Of a stretch of 41,067 nt of DNA, positions 20,044 to 27,778 are shown piece after piece. The position numbers and the translations under genes are program-made. The stretch comes from an uncultured Coriobacteriia bacterium (GTDB lineage Bacteria; Actinomycetota; Coriobacteriia; Coriobacteriales; QAMH01): assembly GCA_949879855.1 (NCBI GenBank), contig CATLBX010000003.1, positions 1 to 41,067 on the forward strand, given 5' to 3'. Below the pieces are notes generated by a model, which saw only the letters and a program-made list of their open reading frames with translations, was not told where the DNA came from and made no database searches. How positions within the stretch are numbered: position 1 is the stretch's first letter; every line of letters starts with the position of its first letter.

Positions 20044-20697
20044 ATGAATAACGAGCCAATGTACAACGCGTTCATCAAGAACCGCGAGCAGGTGGACAAT
20101 CAGTCGTCAAAACCCAGGAACAAACGCAAGGGCGATCGCGTCAAGGCGGACGATCTTCCCGACTTCGATTTCGACGTCGAAGAGCCGGGTGAAGATGTCG
20201 CGAGTGGTTTTGCCCAGGGCCCGGTAGTCGGTGTCGACAGGACGCTTGGAAGCTATCCGGAGTTTCTCAGGCACGACGTCGAAGACGACGCCTTCGATGC
20301 TTGTGACGAGCCGCTTACCAGCGAGCCGTTCGAATTCGAGGACGGGTGCGTCAGCCTGCCTCACCCCGACGTCTTCAACTCGTATCCTCCCGAGGTACAG
20401 CGTAAGATCATGGAATGGACCGATCGTGACATCCGTGCCCGTCGTGATGACGAATCGCGCCGCCAAGACGCGATATTGCGAGCCAACATCGCACGCGACA
20501 AAACGAAGATGGCCGTTCCCGTCGTCATCGTCATCCTGTGCATCGTCTGTGCGGCGATTACCGGCCTGTATACGAAAAACGCGCTCTTCGTGATCGCGTT
20601 TCTCGTCGTTGCGCTCGTCGTGATCATCGCGCTTTTCGTGAGCCGCTACGAGCAAAGCAGGCGCGGTCACTTCCACTCTCAATACCCAAAGCCATAG
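20044..20697 (+). CDS. Hypothetical membrane protein, DUF2335-like
   Basis: The 217-aa ORF has an acidic N-terminal half. It then carries YPPEVQRKIMEWTDRDIRARRDDESRRQ followed by two hydrophobic helices, which resembles DUF2335 from memory. A strong terminator follows. Confidence 0.55.
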   Translation: MNNEPMYNAFIKNREQVDNQSSKPRNKRKGDRVKADDLPDFDFDVEEPGEDVASGFAQGPVVGVDRTLGSYPEFLRHDVEDDAFDACDEPLTSEPFEFEDGCVSLPHPDVFNSYPPEVQRKIMEWTDRDIRARRDDESRRQDAILRANIARDKTKMAVPVVIVILCIVCAAITGLYTKNALFVIAFLVVALVVIIALFVSRYEQSRRGHFHSQYPKP

Positions 20698-20715
20698 GGC
20701 AGGCTTACGTCGCAC

Positions 20716-20743
20716 AAGAGCCCCTTCCCGGGGCTCTTTTTTT
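20716..20743 (+). terminator. Rho-independent terminator
   Basis: An 8-9 bp stem (AAGAGCCCC / GGGGCTCTT) with a 5-nt loop is followed by a T7 run. Confidence 0.7.
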
Positions 20744-20769
20744 CGTGCCATCAACCAGGAGTCTCAAAT

Positions 20770-20829
20770 GGGGGGGTCTGTCCCCCTATTGCCACCTGCA
20801 GCCGAGTTCTTGATCGGGGGTCTGTCCCC
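20770..20829 (-). repeat. Two reverse-orientation mini-hairpin elements upstream of the RAYT-like gene
   Basis: GGGGGGGTCTGTCCCCC lies at 20770-20786 and GGGGGTCTGTCCCC at 20816-20829. Their reverse complements read ggtggcaataGGGGGACAGACCCCC and ggtgctaatgaGGGGACAGACCCCC. Confidence 0.9.
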
Positions 20830-20998
20830 TCATTAGCACCGAGGCAGTGGAGGCATGGTCGTATCCGCATTTACTCGGAAATCGCTCCGTTTCGACTTCG
20901 ATCGATGTCCGAGATTGCTCAGATTCCCGGGGTGGTTTGCTCGGATGTTTCCGATGTAGCCTATTTCCGCAGAAGGCCTGACGGAAAGGAGGTGCAGT

Positions 20999-21796
20999 GT
21001 GCCGCGCCAGCCACGCAGACAATCGTCAACCGGGTATTACCACATCACGAACCGTGGCGTTGGCAAAGCGCGGGTCTTTAACGACGGCAACGATCACTCG
21101 TTCTTCATAGATTGCCTGCGGCTTGCACAGCGGGTCTGTCGCTTCAAGGTTCTCGCATATTGCATAATGACCACGCATTTCCATATCGTCATCAAGTGCG
21201 AGGGCGCCGTTCCAACATCCCTTTTCCAGAGCATAGGAGCACGGTTTTCGGCCTATTACCACAAGAGGCACAAATGCTCTGGGCAAATATTCCAGGGCCG
21301 CTTTCGCAGCGAGGCAATCGAGACGGACAGACACCTTCTCTCTGCGATTCGCTATGTATGGCGCAATCCCGTCAAGGCCCACCTCTGTTCCTGCTTGGCC
21401 GCCTATCCGTGGAGTAGCTACAATTTTCTGGGCAAGTCGGGTGGCTTAATCGACGACGAGCTTCTTTGCAGCTTCATGAGCGCCGATGAGTGGAGGGCCT
21501 TCGCGTTGCAGGAAGTGGACGACCGCCATCTCGAGCCTTTTTCCCTGCGACTGTCGGACAGTTCCGCTCGGAAGCTGGTTCGTGAAGGGTGCCGGCAGTT
21601 CGGCGGTGTGCCAAGGGATGCTCTCGAGAAACCAGAGTGCCCTCCTGCACTTGCCGTGTGCCTGGATGCGGGGATGACCGTGGCGCAAATTGCCAGAATC
21701 CTGAACATCACCGCAACCGGTATGTATCGCGCATTGCGGAAATGGGGCCGGCAGGTTCCGAGGGCATGCACCCTCGAGGCGTCGAGCAGTCCGTAA
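20999..21796 (+). mobile_element. Y1/HUH tyrosine transposase of the IS200-like superfamily, RAYT-like (REP-associated), with a C-terminal HTH region
   Basis: The start is GTG 20999, preceded by GGAAAGGAGG. The HUH motif is H60-F-H62 (TTHFHIVI). The block GQIFQGRFRS is present, and the catalytic-Tyr motif is IR-Y119-VWRNPVKA...YPWSSY. The C-terminal region MTVAQIARILNITATGMYRALRKW looks like an HTH. No TnpB/IS605 orfB partner is present. Confidence 0.8.
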
Positions 21797-21801
21797 TCAG
21801 G

Positions 21802-21825
21802 CAAACAATCGGGATTGACCGCCCC
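21802..21825 (+). repeat. Possible decayed forward copy of the element just after the RAYT stop codon
   Basis: The sequence caaacaatcgggattgaccgcccc compares with the consensus tgacaatcgggggacagacccc. The 5' extension matches, but the core has about 2 substitutions and 1 insertion. This call is weak. Confidence 0.25.
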
Positions 21826-21890
21826 GTCCCTCGAAAGATTTGGTACCCTGTCGAATAACAAACCAATTAACCTTCCGAGAGGATAATGAA

Positions 21891-23156
21891 ATGCCCCAGG
21901 ACATGATAAGCGTCGACGAAGCACGCCAAAGAACGATTGCCCTCGCGAGCGAAGCTCGTTTCAGGACGCCGGTCGAGAAGGTTGACCTGTTCGCTGCCGT
22001 CGGACGTGTTGCCGCAGCAGACCTTTCGAGCGATATCGACGTCGCGCCATTCGACAATACGGCAATGGACGGTTTTGCCGTGGTCGCGTCCACCCTCGCG
22101 GGTGCGAGTGAGGACAGCCCGGTCGAGTTGGACATCGTCGATTGGGTCGGCGCGGGGGTTGTCAGCCAGGTTGTCCTCAAACCCGGCGAGGCGATTCGCA
22201 TCATGACGGGCGGTATCATGCCTGAAGGGGCCGATGCCGTTGTCAAGATAGAGGATACGACCTTCACCGGAGACGGTGGCGTGGGCGAGCGTGTCCGCAT
22301 ATGCGCTCCCGTGACCAAGACGAACGTGCGCAAGGCGGGCGAAGAGGCCAAAGCGGGCGATGTCGTCGTCCGCAAGGGCGAGGTGATTCGCGCCGCGACC
22401 GTCGGTTTGCTCGCAAGTACCGGAAACACGACCATCCCCGTGCACGCCCGTCCCAAAGTCGGCGTTATCAGCATCGGTACCGAGCTCGTTGCGCCTCCGG
22501 CAAAGCCCGAACCGGGAAAGATTCGTGATGCGAATGCGTACGTGTTAGGCGCCTACGCGCTTGATCTCGGATGCGAGGTGAACCTATACCCGATTGTCGA
22601 AGATGATGAGACGGCCATTCGCGCCCTGTTCGAGCGGGCGATTGACGAGTGCGACTTCGTCGTTTCGAGCGGCGGGGCGAGCAACGGCGACTTCGATTAC
22701 GCCATCGAGACCATACGCGAGTTGGGCGAAGTCGTCTTCGACTGCGTGAGCCTGAGGCCGGGCAAGGCCCAGGCATTCGGTTGCGTGGGCGACACGCTCG
22801 TCGAAGTTCTTTCGGGTAATCCCGCTGCCGCGGCGGTGGGCTTCCAGCTTTTCGGTCGTCCTGCACTACGCGCCATGCAGGGATTCGCGGAGCTTGACCG
22901 TCCGGTCAGCGACGCCGTTCTTGCGCAGCCGACGCGCAAGAAGGAACCCCGCGCCTTCTATCAGAGGGGACATCTCGAGGTGGGGGAGGATGGCCAGCTG
23001 CTCGCATGCCAGGAGGAAAAGCAGTCGTCCGCCCTGCTGTCGGAGATGAATCGCAGCACCGTGCTCATCGAGCTTCCGCAAGGCACCGGCACGTTCGAAG
23101 CCGGGACGCCGGTCAAGTGCCTCCACTTGGATATTGACGAGGGCGTCGTTATCTAG
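21891..23156 (+). CDS. moeA: Molybdopterin molybdenumtransferase MoeA
   Basis: ATG 21891 follows GAGAGGA. The N-terminus is MPQDMISVDEARQ... Family-typical blocks are present: PFDNTAMDGFAV, IMTGGIMPEGADAVV, ISIGTELV and SSGGASNGDFDY. Confidence 0.85.
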   Translation: MPQDMISVDEARQRTIALASEARFRTPVEKVDLFAAVGRVAAADLSSDIDVAPFDNTAMDGFAVVASTLAGASEDSPVELDIVDWVGAGVVSQVVLKPGEAIRIMTGGIMPEGADAVVKIEDTTFTGDGGVGERVRICAPVTKTNVRKAGEEAKAGDVVVRKGEVIRAATVGLLASTGNTTIPVHARPKVGVISIGTELVAPPAKPEPGKIRDANAYVLGAYALDLGCEVNLYPIVEDDETAIRALFERAIDECDFVVSSGGASNGDFDYAIETIRELGEVVFDCVSLRPGKAQAFGCVGDTLVEVLSGNPAAAAVGFQLFGRPALRAMQGFAELDRPVSDAVLAQPTRKKEPRAFYQRGHLEVGEDGQLLACQEEKQSSALLSEMNRSTVLIELPQGTGTFEAGTPVKCLHLDIDEGVVI

Positions 23157-23180
23157 GCCCAGCGACACGTTGATAGTAGA

Positions 23181-23211
23181 AACCGCCTCCTTCGCGAGGC
23201 GGTTCTTTTTT
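23181..23211 (+). terminator. Rho-independent terminator after moeA
   Basis: A 9-bp stem (AACCGCCTC / GAGGCGGTT) with a 6-nt loop is followed by a T6 run. Confidence 0.7.
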
Positions 23212-23228
23212 GCCCCCGATGGCAGCAT

Positions 23229-23299
23229 GGGGACAGACCCTCTTATGTCATACGTAATAATCCGGGGACAGACCCCCGACAATAAGGGGACAGACCCCC
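23229..23299 (+). repeat. Cluster of 3 forward mini-hairpin elements
   Basis: Cores are at 23229, 23264 and 23286. They are followed by a 12-nt direct repeat, cccgaatccgac x2. Confidence 0.9.
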
Positions 23300-23381
23300 G
23301 AATCCGACCCCCGAATCCGACCACCCTCAAACCCTCTCGAAGCTCAGGGGATGTCCGCCTCTTCCGCATGGTCGCGCTGGG

Positions 23382-23387
23382 TATAAT
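23382..23387 (+). promoter_or_regulatory. Candidate -10 box (TATAAT) for the LarE-like gene
   Basis: TATAATTGCC lies 31 nt upstream of ATG 23418. The -35 box is weak. Confidence 0.3.
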
Positions 23388-23417
23388 TGCCTCGACAAAA
23401 CCATTTCGAGGAGACCG

Positions 23418-24248
23418 ATGTCCGTCCAAACTCCAAACGAGAAGTACGACGCCCTGGTCATCCGCCTTCGTTCCCTCAAGAGCGTGGCGGTTGCCTTTTC
23501 GGGCGGCGTTGACTCCGCGTTGCTGCTGCATGCCGCGCACGAGGCGCTTGGCGATAGGACGGTTGCGATTACGGCGCGATCGCGCCTTTTTCCGCAACGC
23601 GAACACGACGAAGCCGTTGCGTTTTGCAGTGACCGCGACATCCCGCACGTCATCGTCGACACGCACGAGCTCGAAGACGAGGCGTTCCGGCAAAATCCGC
23701 CCAATCGCTGCTATCTCTGCAAAACGGGGCTACTGCGCGTCATCGTCGATGTTGCGACCGGGCGCGGGGCCGAACATGTCGTCGAGGGGTCGAACACTGA
23801 CGACGAGAGCGACTACCGTCCAGGTGCCCAGGCGATACTCGAGCAGGGGGTGATGAGCCCGCTCAAAGACGCCGGTCTCTCAAAGCGCGAGATACGCGAT
23901 TTGTCGCGAGAGAAGGGCCTTCCCACCTGGAACAAGCAGTCGTTCGCGTGTCTTGCGTCGCGTTTTGCGTTCGGCGAGGTCATTAGCGAGGAGCGCCTCG
24001 ACATGATCGACGCAGCGGAGCAGGTTCTTCTCGAAAGGGGAATTCGGCAAGTTCGCGTGCGCTTCCATGGGCCAATTGCGCGCATCGAGGTGCAGCCGGA
24101 CGATTTCGCGCGTCTTGTCGATCCGGATGTTCGAGAGGATGTCACCCGAAACATCAGGGCGCTTGGATTCAAGTACGTGACGCTTGACCTTGAAGGCTAC
24201 CAGACAGGCAGCATGAACATGACAATTGGGGGACAGACCCCCAATTAA
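23418..24248 (+). CDS. PP-loop ATP-utilising enzyme, LarE-like (sulfur transferase family)
   Basis: The SGGVDS PP-loop is present (AVAFSGGVDSALLL), as are RCYLCK and the LarE-type cysteine motif SFACLASRF. The last 8 codons (NMTIGGQTPN) are encoded by a copy of the repeat element. Confidence 0.75.
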   Translation: MSVQTPNEKYDALVIRLRSLKSVAVAFSGGVDSALLLHAAHEALGDRTVAITARSRLFPQREHDEAVAFCSDRDIPHVIVDTHELEDEAFRQNPPNRCYLCKTGLLRVIVDVATGRGAEHVVEGSNTDDESDYRPGAQAILEQGVMSPLKDAGLSKREIRDLSREKGLPTWNKQSFACLASRFAFGEVISEERLDMIDAAEQVLLERGIRQVRVRFHGPIARIEVQPDDFARLVDPDVREDVTRNIRALGFKYVTLDLEGYQTGSMNMTIGGQTPN

Positions 24249-24450
24249 GACCCTCAACCGAGATCCCCAACTGAAATCCCCAGTTGCCTCCCATTAAACG
24301 GGTTCCAATCGCCCGGAAGCCCACCCTCCCGCCTCTGGCCGATGTGCCGTCTCGCTCCCCATCGTCCTCAATCGTGCCGACCGCGCAAGCTCGTGACCGA
24401 TGCCCTATACTTGCAATCAATCTATCTATCGTTTTGCACAAGGAGAGCTC

Positions 24451-24870
24451 ATGAGCGAATCACGCGCAGGTTGGTATCCGGACCCTTCGGGCAATCCGTC
24501 GAAGCTTCGATACTGGGACGGAAGCCAATGGACCGATGACTATGCGGATAGCCCCTCGAACGCGCAGGATACGCCGGCATCCGAAGAGGCCCTATGCCAG
24601 GTGCAGGCTGTCGACAGCGCGCAGGTTTCATATGGCATGACCTCGCAGGACTCGACGCTGCGCCTCATCGCCTTCGTTTTCTGCCTCATTTCTACCGTGA
24701 CGGCGGGATGGATGCTCATTCCTTTGGCGTGGATGATTCCGATGTCCGTGCATGCCTGGGGAATTTACAAGGGCAAGAAGCCGAACACCGTCGCGTTTGG
24801 CGTGTGCACGCTGATTTTCGTGAGCCTCATAGGTGGCATACTGCTCCTTGTCTCCAAAAAGGACGCCTAG
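24451..24870 (+). CDS. Membrane protein with an N-terminal DUF2510 (GWYPDP...WDG..WT) motif
   Basis: ATG 24451 follows AAGGAGAG. The motif reads GWYPDPSGNPSKLRYWDGSQWT. The C-terminal half contains 2-3 hydrophobic helices. Confidence 0.65.
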   Translation: MSESRAGWYPDPSGNPSKLRYWDGSQWTDDYADSPSNAQDTPASEEALCQVQAVDSAQVSYGMTSQDSTLRLIAFVFCLISTVTAGWMLIPLAWMIPMSVHAWGIYKGKKPNTVAFGVCTLIFVSLIGGILLLVSKKDA

Positions 24871-24903
24871 CTTCATTCCGCAAGATGATGGGTGGGTGAC
24901 AAA

Positions 24904-25028
24904 GGGGGGACAGACCCCCCTCTTCGTGCCGCCCCCCATCCCGCGCACCTCCAAGCGCCTGCTCGACTTGGAGGCCGAGTAATCGCGCACTGCGATTCTT
25001 CCTGCGTAACAATATGGGGACAGACCCC
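24904..25028 (+). repeat. Two forward mini-hairpin elements
   Basis: ggtgacaaaGGGGGGACAGACCCCCC lies at 24904-24920 and has 6-bp arms. cgtaacaatatGGGGACAGACCCC lies at 25016-25028. Confidence 0.9.
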
Positions 25029-25140
25029 GCATTCCCCGCACACTTTATTCAGTTCGTCATATAGTGTGCACGTACGCCACACAATGGCCACCAGCCCTGC
25101 GTCATGACAACGCGGGAGAGAGCGGAAGTGGGTTCACCTT

Positions 25141-26445
25141 ATGAAGACCAGCAAGATCAAGAAGGCCGACGGCAAGATCATCCTCGAGGTGACCGCCAAC
25201 GCTGATGACGTCAACAGGGCATTCACCCTCGCAGAATTCGACTTTGCCAACTCGATGGGCATCAATCCCGAGCCCGGGAAGACCATCGAGCAGGTCGCCG
25301 AGGAGAAGATGGGCATCAAGAACCTCGACTCCATCATCGAGGCCAACGCCGTCGAGGCGCTCGCGCCTTTCGCGGTCGACCAGAGCGGCATCGCCCCGGC
25401 GTTCCCTCCGCATCCCACGCCCAGCACGGCGCTCAAGCGCAATCAGGAATTCGCCTTCACCATGGAGGTGACCCCCAAGCCGGATTACGAGCTCACCTCG
25501 TACGATCCCGTCGAGATCACTCTTCCCGAATTCACCATCAACGAGGCCGAGGTCGACGCGCAGATCCAGCAGCTTGCCGAGCGCAACACCACTTACGTCG
25601 CCGCCGACCCCAAACCGCTTGCGAAGGGGGACGCGTGCCTCCTGTCCATCAAATGCTACGAGGACGGCAAGGAGCTCACTGGCCTCACCACCGAGGGACG
25701 CACCTACGTTGCGGGCGAGGGGTACATGCCCGCCGACTTCGACGCGCACATCTTCGGCATGGAGCCGGGCGAGACGCGCAAGTTCGTCTTCGAGGGCCCG
25801 AGCGTTGACGAGAATTACAACGAGTTCACGCAGAAGTTCGACTGCGAGGTCACGCTGAAGGAGATCCAGAAACCCGTCACTCCCACCATCGATGACGAGT
25901 GGCTTGCGACGAACCTTCCCATGTACAAGAATCTCGAGGACTTGCGCGGCGAGATTCGCAGGAGCATCGAGCATCGCGATTCCGAGCAATACGAGGCGTA
26001 CAAGCGCCAGATGGTCGCAAGCGCGCTTGGCGAGCGCTTCGAGGGCAAGATCGCCGACGAGGTGTACGAGAACGCGCGGGACAACCTCATGAAGAACATC
26101 CGTATGGGCCTTCAACAGCAGGGCATGAGCTGGGAAGACTACGTGCAGCAAAACGGCGGCGAACAGCAGATGAACATGATGCTCATGCTGCAGACGCGCG
26201 AGATGGTCGTGCAGGGGTACGCGCTCGATGCGATCTTCCGTCATGAGAACCTCGGCCTTTCCGAGGACGATATCGACGAGGCATGCCATATGATGGCGCC
26301 CCAGGTCAACCCCAAGCAGGTTCGCCAGCAGATTGAGAACGAGGGCAAGAACTTCGTGCTCCGCGAGTCCGCGGAGCGTCTCAAGGCGAACAAGTGGGCC
26401 GCTGACCAGGCGAAGGTCACCATCCAGAAGCAGCCGCAGGCCTAA
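25141..26445 (+). CDS. tig: Trigger factor
   Basis: The 434-aa protein has a three-domain layout. A central FKBP-like block reads KGDACLLSIKCYEDGKEL...FGMEPGETRKFVFEGP, and the C-terminal arm domain is helical. The assignment is by eye. Confidence 0.75.
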   Translation: MKTSKIKKADGKIILEVTANADDVNRAFTLAEFDFANSMGINPEPGKTIEQVAEEKMGIKNLDSIIEANAVEALAPFAVDQSGIAPAFPPHPTPSTALKRNQEFAFTMEVTPKPDYELTSYDPVEITLPEFTINEAEVDAQIQQLAERNTTYVAADPKPLAKGDACLLSIKCYEDGKELTGLTTEGRTYVAGEGYMPADFDAHIFGMEPGETRKFVFEGPSVDENYNEFTQKFDCEVTLKEIQKPVTPTIDDEWLATNLPMYKNLEDLRGEIRRSIEHRDSEQYEAYKRQMVASALGERFEGKIADEVYENARDNLMKNIRMGLQQQGMSWEDYVQQNGGEQQMNMMLMLQTREMVVQGYALDAIFRHENLGLSEDDIDEACHMMAPQVNPKQVRQQIENEGKNFVLRESAERLKANKWAADQAKVTIQKQPQA

Positions 26446-26472
26446 TTGACGCCAACATAGCGCGAGGAAATC

Positions 26473-26511
26473 CGCGCCGAAGGGGATCCGCCTCCTTCGG
26501 CGCCTTCTTTT
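26473..26511 (+). terminator. Rho-independent terminator after tig
   Basis: A 10-bp stem (GCGCCGAAGG / CCTTCGGCGC) is followed by cttcTTTTT. Confidence 0.65.
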
Positions 26512-26521
26512 TGATGGCAGC

Positions 26522-26672
26522 CGGGGGACAGACCCTTCCACATCACCGCAGGCGAAAACCGGGGGACAGACCCCTAATTCCGGTTCCGGTGCTCCATTCG
26601 TGACAGCCGGGGGACAGACCCCTCCATGAACCGATTCCATGAACCGACCCCGCAAACCGGGGGACAGACCCC
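26522..26672 (+). repeat. Cluster of 4 forward mini-hairpin elements between convergent genes
   Basis: Cores are at 26522, 26560, 26609 and 26659. Two copies share the 3' flank CTCCATG(A/G)A. Confidence 0.9.
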
Positions 26673-26711
26673 TCCATGGAGACCCCCGCGAACCCCATAT
26701 GTCGCCGCATG

Positions 26712-26759
26712 CAAAAAGACACCGAAGAGACCGTTGGGCAGGAGAGGTCTTCTTCGGTG
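26712..26759 (-). terminator. Rho-independent terminator for the minus-strand FKBP operon
   Basis: About 13 bp of stem (26720-26732 pairing with 26746-26759, one bulge). The A5 run at 26713-26717 gives a U-run on the minus-strand transcript. Confidence 0.6.
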
Positions 26760-26795
26760 CCTTTCTCGGCAGAGGACTTAAAGGGGGATGGTGGG

Positions 26796-27221
26796 TCAGT
26801 CCTTCACTTCGAGGAGCTTGACCCAGTACACGATGTCCTTGCCTGCGAGAGGGTGGTTGAAATCGATGGTGGCCACCTGGTTCTCAACGCTCACCACCTT
26901 TGCCGGAATCGGCTCGATATTGCGCGGGGAGGTCCATCCGATGTACTCGCCAACAGGCAGGTTTTCACCGTTGGGAACCTTGTAGGTGGGGAAATGCTGC
27001 ACGGCGCTCTCGTCGTATTCGCCGTAGGCGTCGGCTGCGGCGAGCTCGACGGTGCGCTCCTCGCCCGGCTCCATGTCGAGCAAGGCGTCCTCGAGGGCCT
27101 TCATGACCTGGCGTCTGCCGAGGACGATCTCGTGGGGCGCGCCTTCGCAGTCGTCGAAAACCTCGCCGTCGGGAAAGCTGCCGCGATACAGAAAGCGTGC
27201 GGTCTGTCCTTTGTCTGCCAT
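26796..27221 (-). CDS. FKBP-type peptidyl-prolyl isomerase, SlyD-like
   Basis: The start MADKGQTARF is preceded by GAAAGGA. An insert-in-flap-like segment is present, together with the C-terminal block IDFNHPLAGKDIVYWVKLLEV typical of SlyD/FkpA-type FKBPs. The longer 184-aa ORF start has no RBS. Confidence 0.8.
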   Translation of the reverse strand: MADKGQTARFLYRGSFPDGEVFDDCEGAPHEIVLGRRQVMKALEDALLDMEPGEERTVELAAADAYGEYDESAVQHFPTYKVPNGENLPVGEYIGWTSPRNIEPIPAKVVSVENQVATIDFNHPLAGKDIVYWVKLLEVKD

Positions 27222-27285
27222 GCCGGTCCTTTCGTTGCGCAGGCAACGTCGCGAAAGACGCCTCTGCTCGTTCGAGGATGGTTGT

Positions 27286-27450
27286 CTAGTGCCAGCGCTG
27301 CGAGGTGAGGAAGAATCCCTCGACGGGCTTGATCTCGCTGTCATCGTCAACGAGATCGGCGGCGAGCTCCTCGGCGTTGTTGCAGATTGCGCTCACGGGA
27401 GCTTCGATCTCTTCGACCTCTGTCTCTTGGGTAATCTTCTCGTCAGCCAT
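27286..27450 (-). CDS. Small acidic hypothetical protein (54 aa)
   Basis: My own translation is MADEKITQETEVEEIEAPVSAICNNAEELAADLVDDDSEIKPVEGFFLTSQRWH. A very strong SD (GAGGAGAGGAAACC) precedes the ATG. It lies 64 nt upstream of the FKBP gene on the same strand. At 54 aa it is shorter than any ORF listed in the supplied track. Confidence 0.4.
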   Translation of the reverse strand: MADEKITQETEVEEIEAPVSAICNNAEELAADLVDDDSEIKPVEGFFLTSQRWH

Positions 27451-27684
27451 GGTTTCCTCTCCTCTTCATCGGATGCAGGGCCGCCAGACTCTGGCGAGTG
27501 CGCCCTCATCACCTATGCGAGAGCGACCCGTATGAAATTCCGGCGTCCATCAGATGGTAGTTCCCAGCTCAGCGCCTGCATATCGTATGAAAGGTATGAG
27601 ATTGGTCGCGAACTATCAAACTCCCCGCTCGATGACTTGCTGCTCACCGAGACGATAGGGTGTGCATCGATGATGGGTAACGGA

Positions 27685-27747
27685 GGGTCTGTCCCCGGAT
27701 TACCAACATCATCCCATGGCGAAGGTCGTGACGAAGGGTCTGTCCCC
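27685..27747 (-). repeat. Two reverse-orientation mini-hairpin elements in the divergent intergenic region
   Basis: GGGTCTGTCCCC occurs at 27685-27696 and at 27736-27747. Confidence 0.9.
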
Positions 27748-27778
27748 TTTTTCCCAGAGAGACATTCAGGAGGAAATC

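Noticed and set aside
19580-20099. ORFs spanning the element clusters, for example 19580-20005, 19686-20099, 23134-23853, 24892-25107 and 36014-36496. Their products contain GTDP/GQTP/GDRP or GSVP/GLSP/VCP strings.
   Set aside because: They are read-through translations of the stop-free repeat cores in intergenic DNA. They have no RBS and their composition is dictated by the repeat. They are likely annotation traps.
21797-21890. A Moco riboswitch upstream of moeA.
   Set aside because: The leader is only about 94 nt, and I could not recognise the conserved Moco-motif helices by eye. A cmscan against Rfam would be needed, so no claim is made.
21840-21890. The longer N-terminal extensions given by the ORF track: 21840 for moeA, 24400, 27716, 29272, 31505, 33463, 37127, 37589 and the 184-aa form of 26796-27350.
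   Set aside because: In each case an internal ATG or GTG is preceded by a strong Shine-Dalgarno at 5-9 nt, and the protein family begins there. The extensions lack an RBS and/or run through repeat copies or Arg-rich junk.
23229-23299. The mini-hairpins as ordinary rho-independent terminators.
   Set aside because: Most have only 4-5 bp G/C arms and no U-run. Separate canonical terminators already precede the clusters at 20716, 23181 and 26473. A terminator-like or stabiliser role remains possible only for extended copies such as 31013-31035 and 24904-24920.
25102-26655. Long minus-strand ORFs antisense to real genes. They include a 517-aa ORF opposite tig, 29632-30777 opposite luxR, 31181-32563 opposite the MFS gene, 32854-34005, 34129-35043 and 35230-36141 opposite molybdoenzyme 1, and 37787-40036 opposite molybdoenzyme 2.
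   Set aside because: These are the same high-GC antisense artefact. The translations are Arg/Gly/Asp/Val-rich without recognisable motifs, whereas the sense frames carry unambiguous family signatures.
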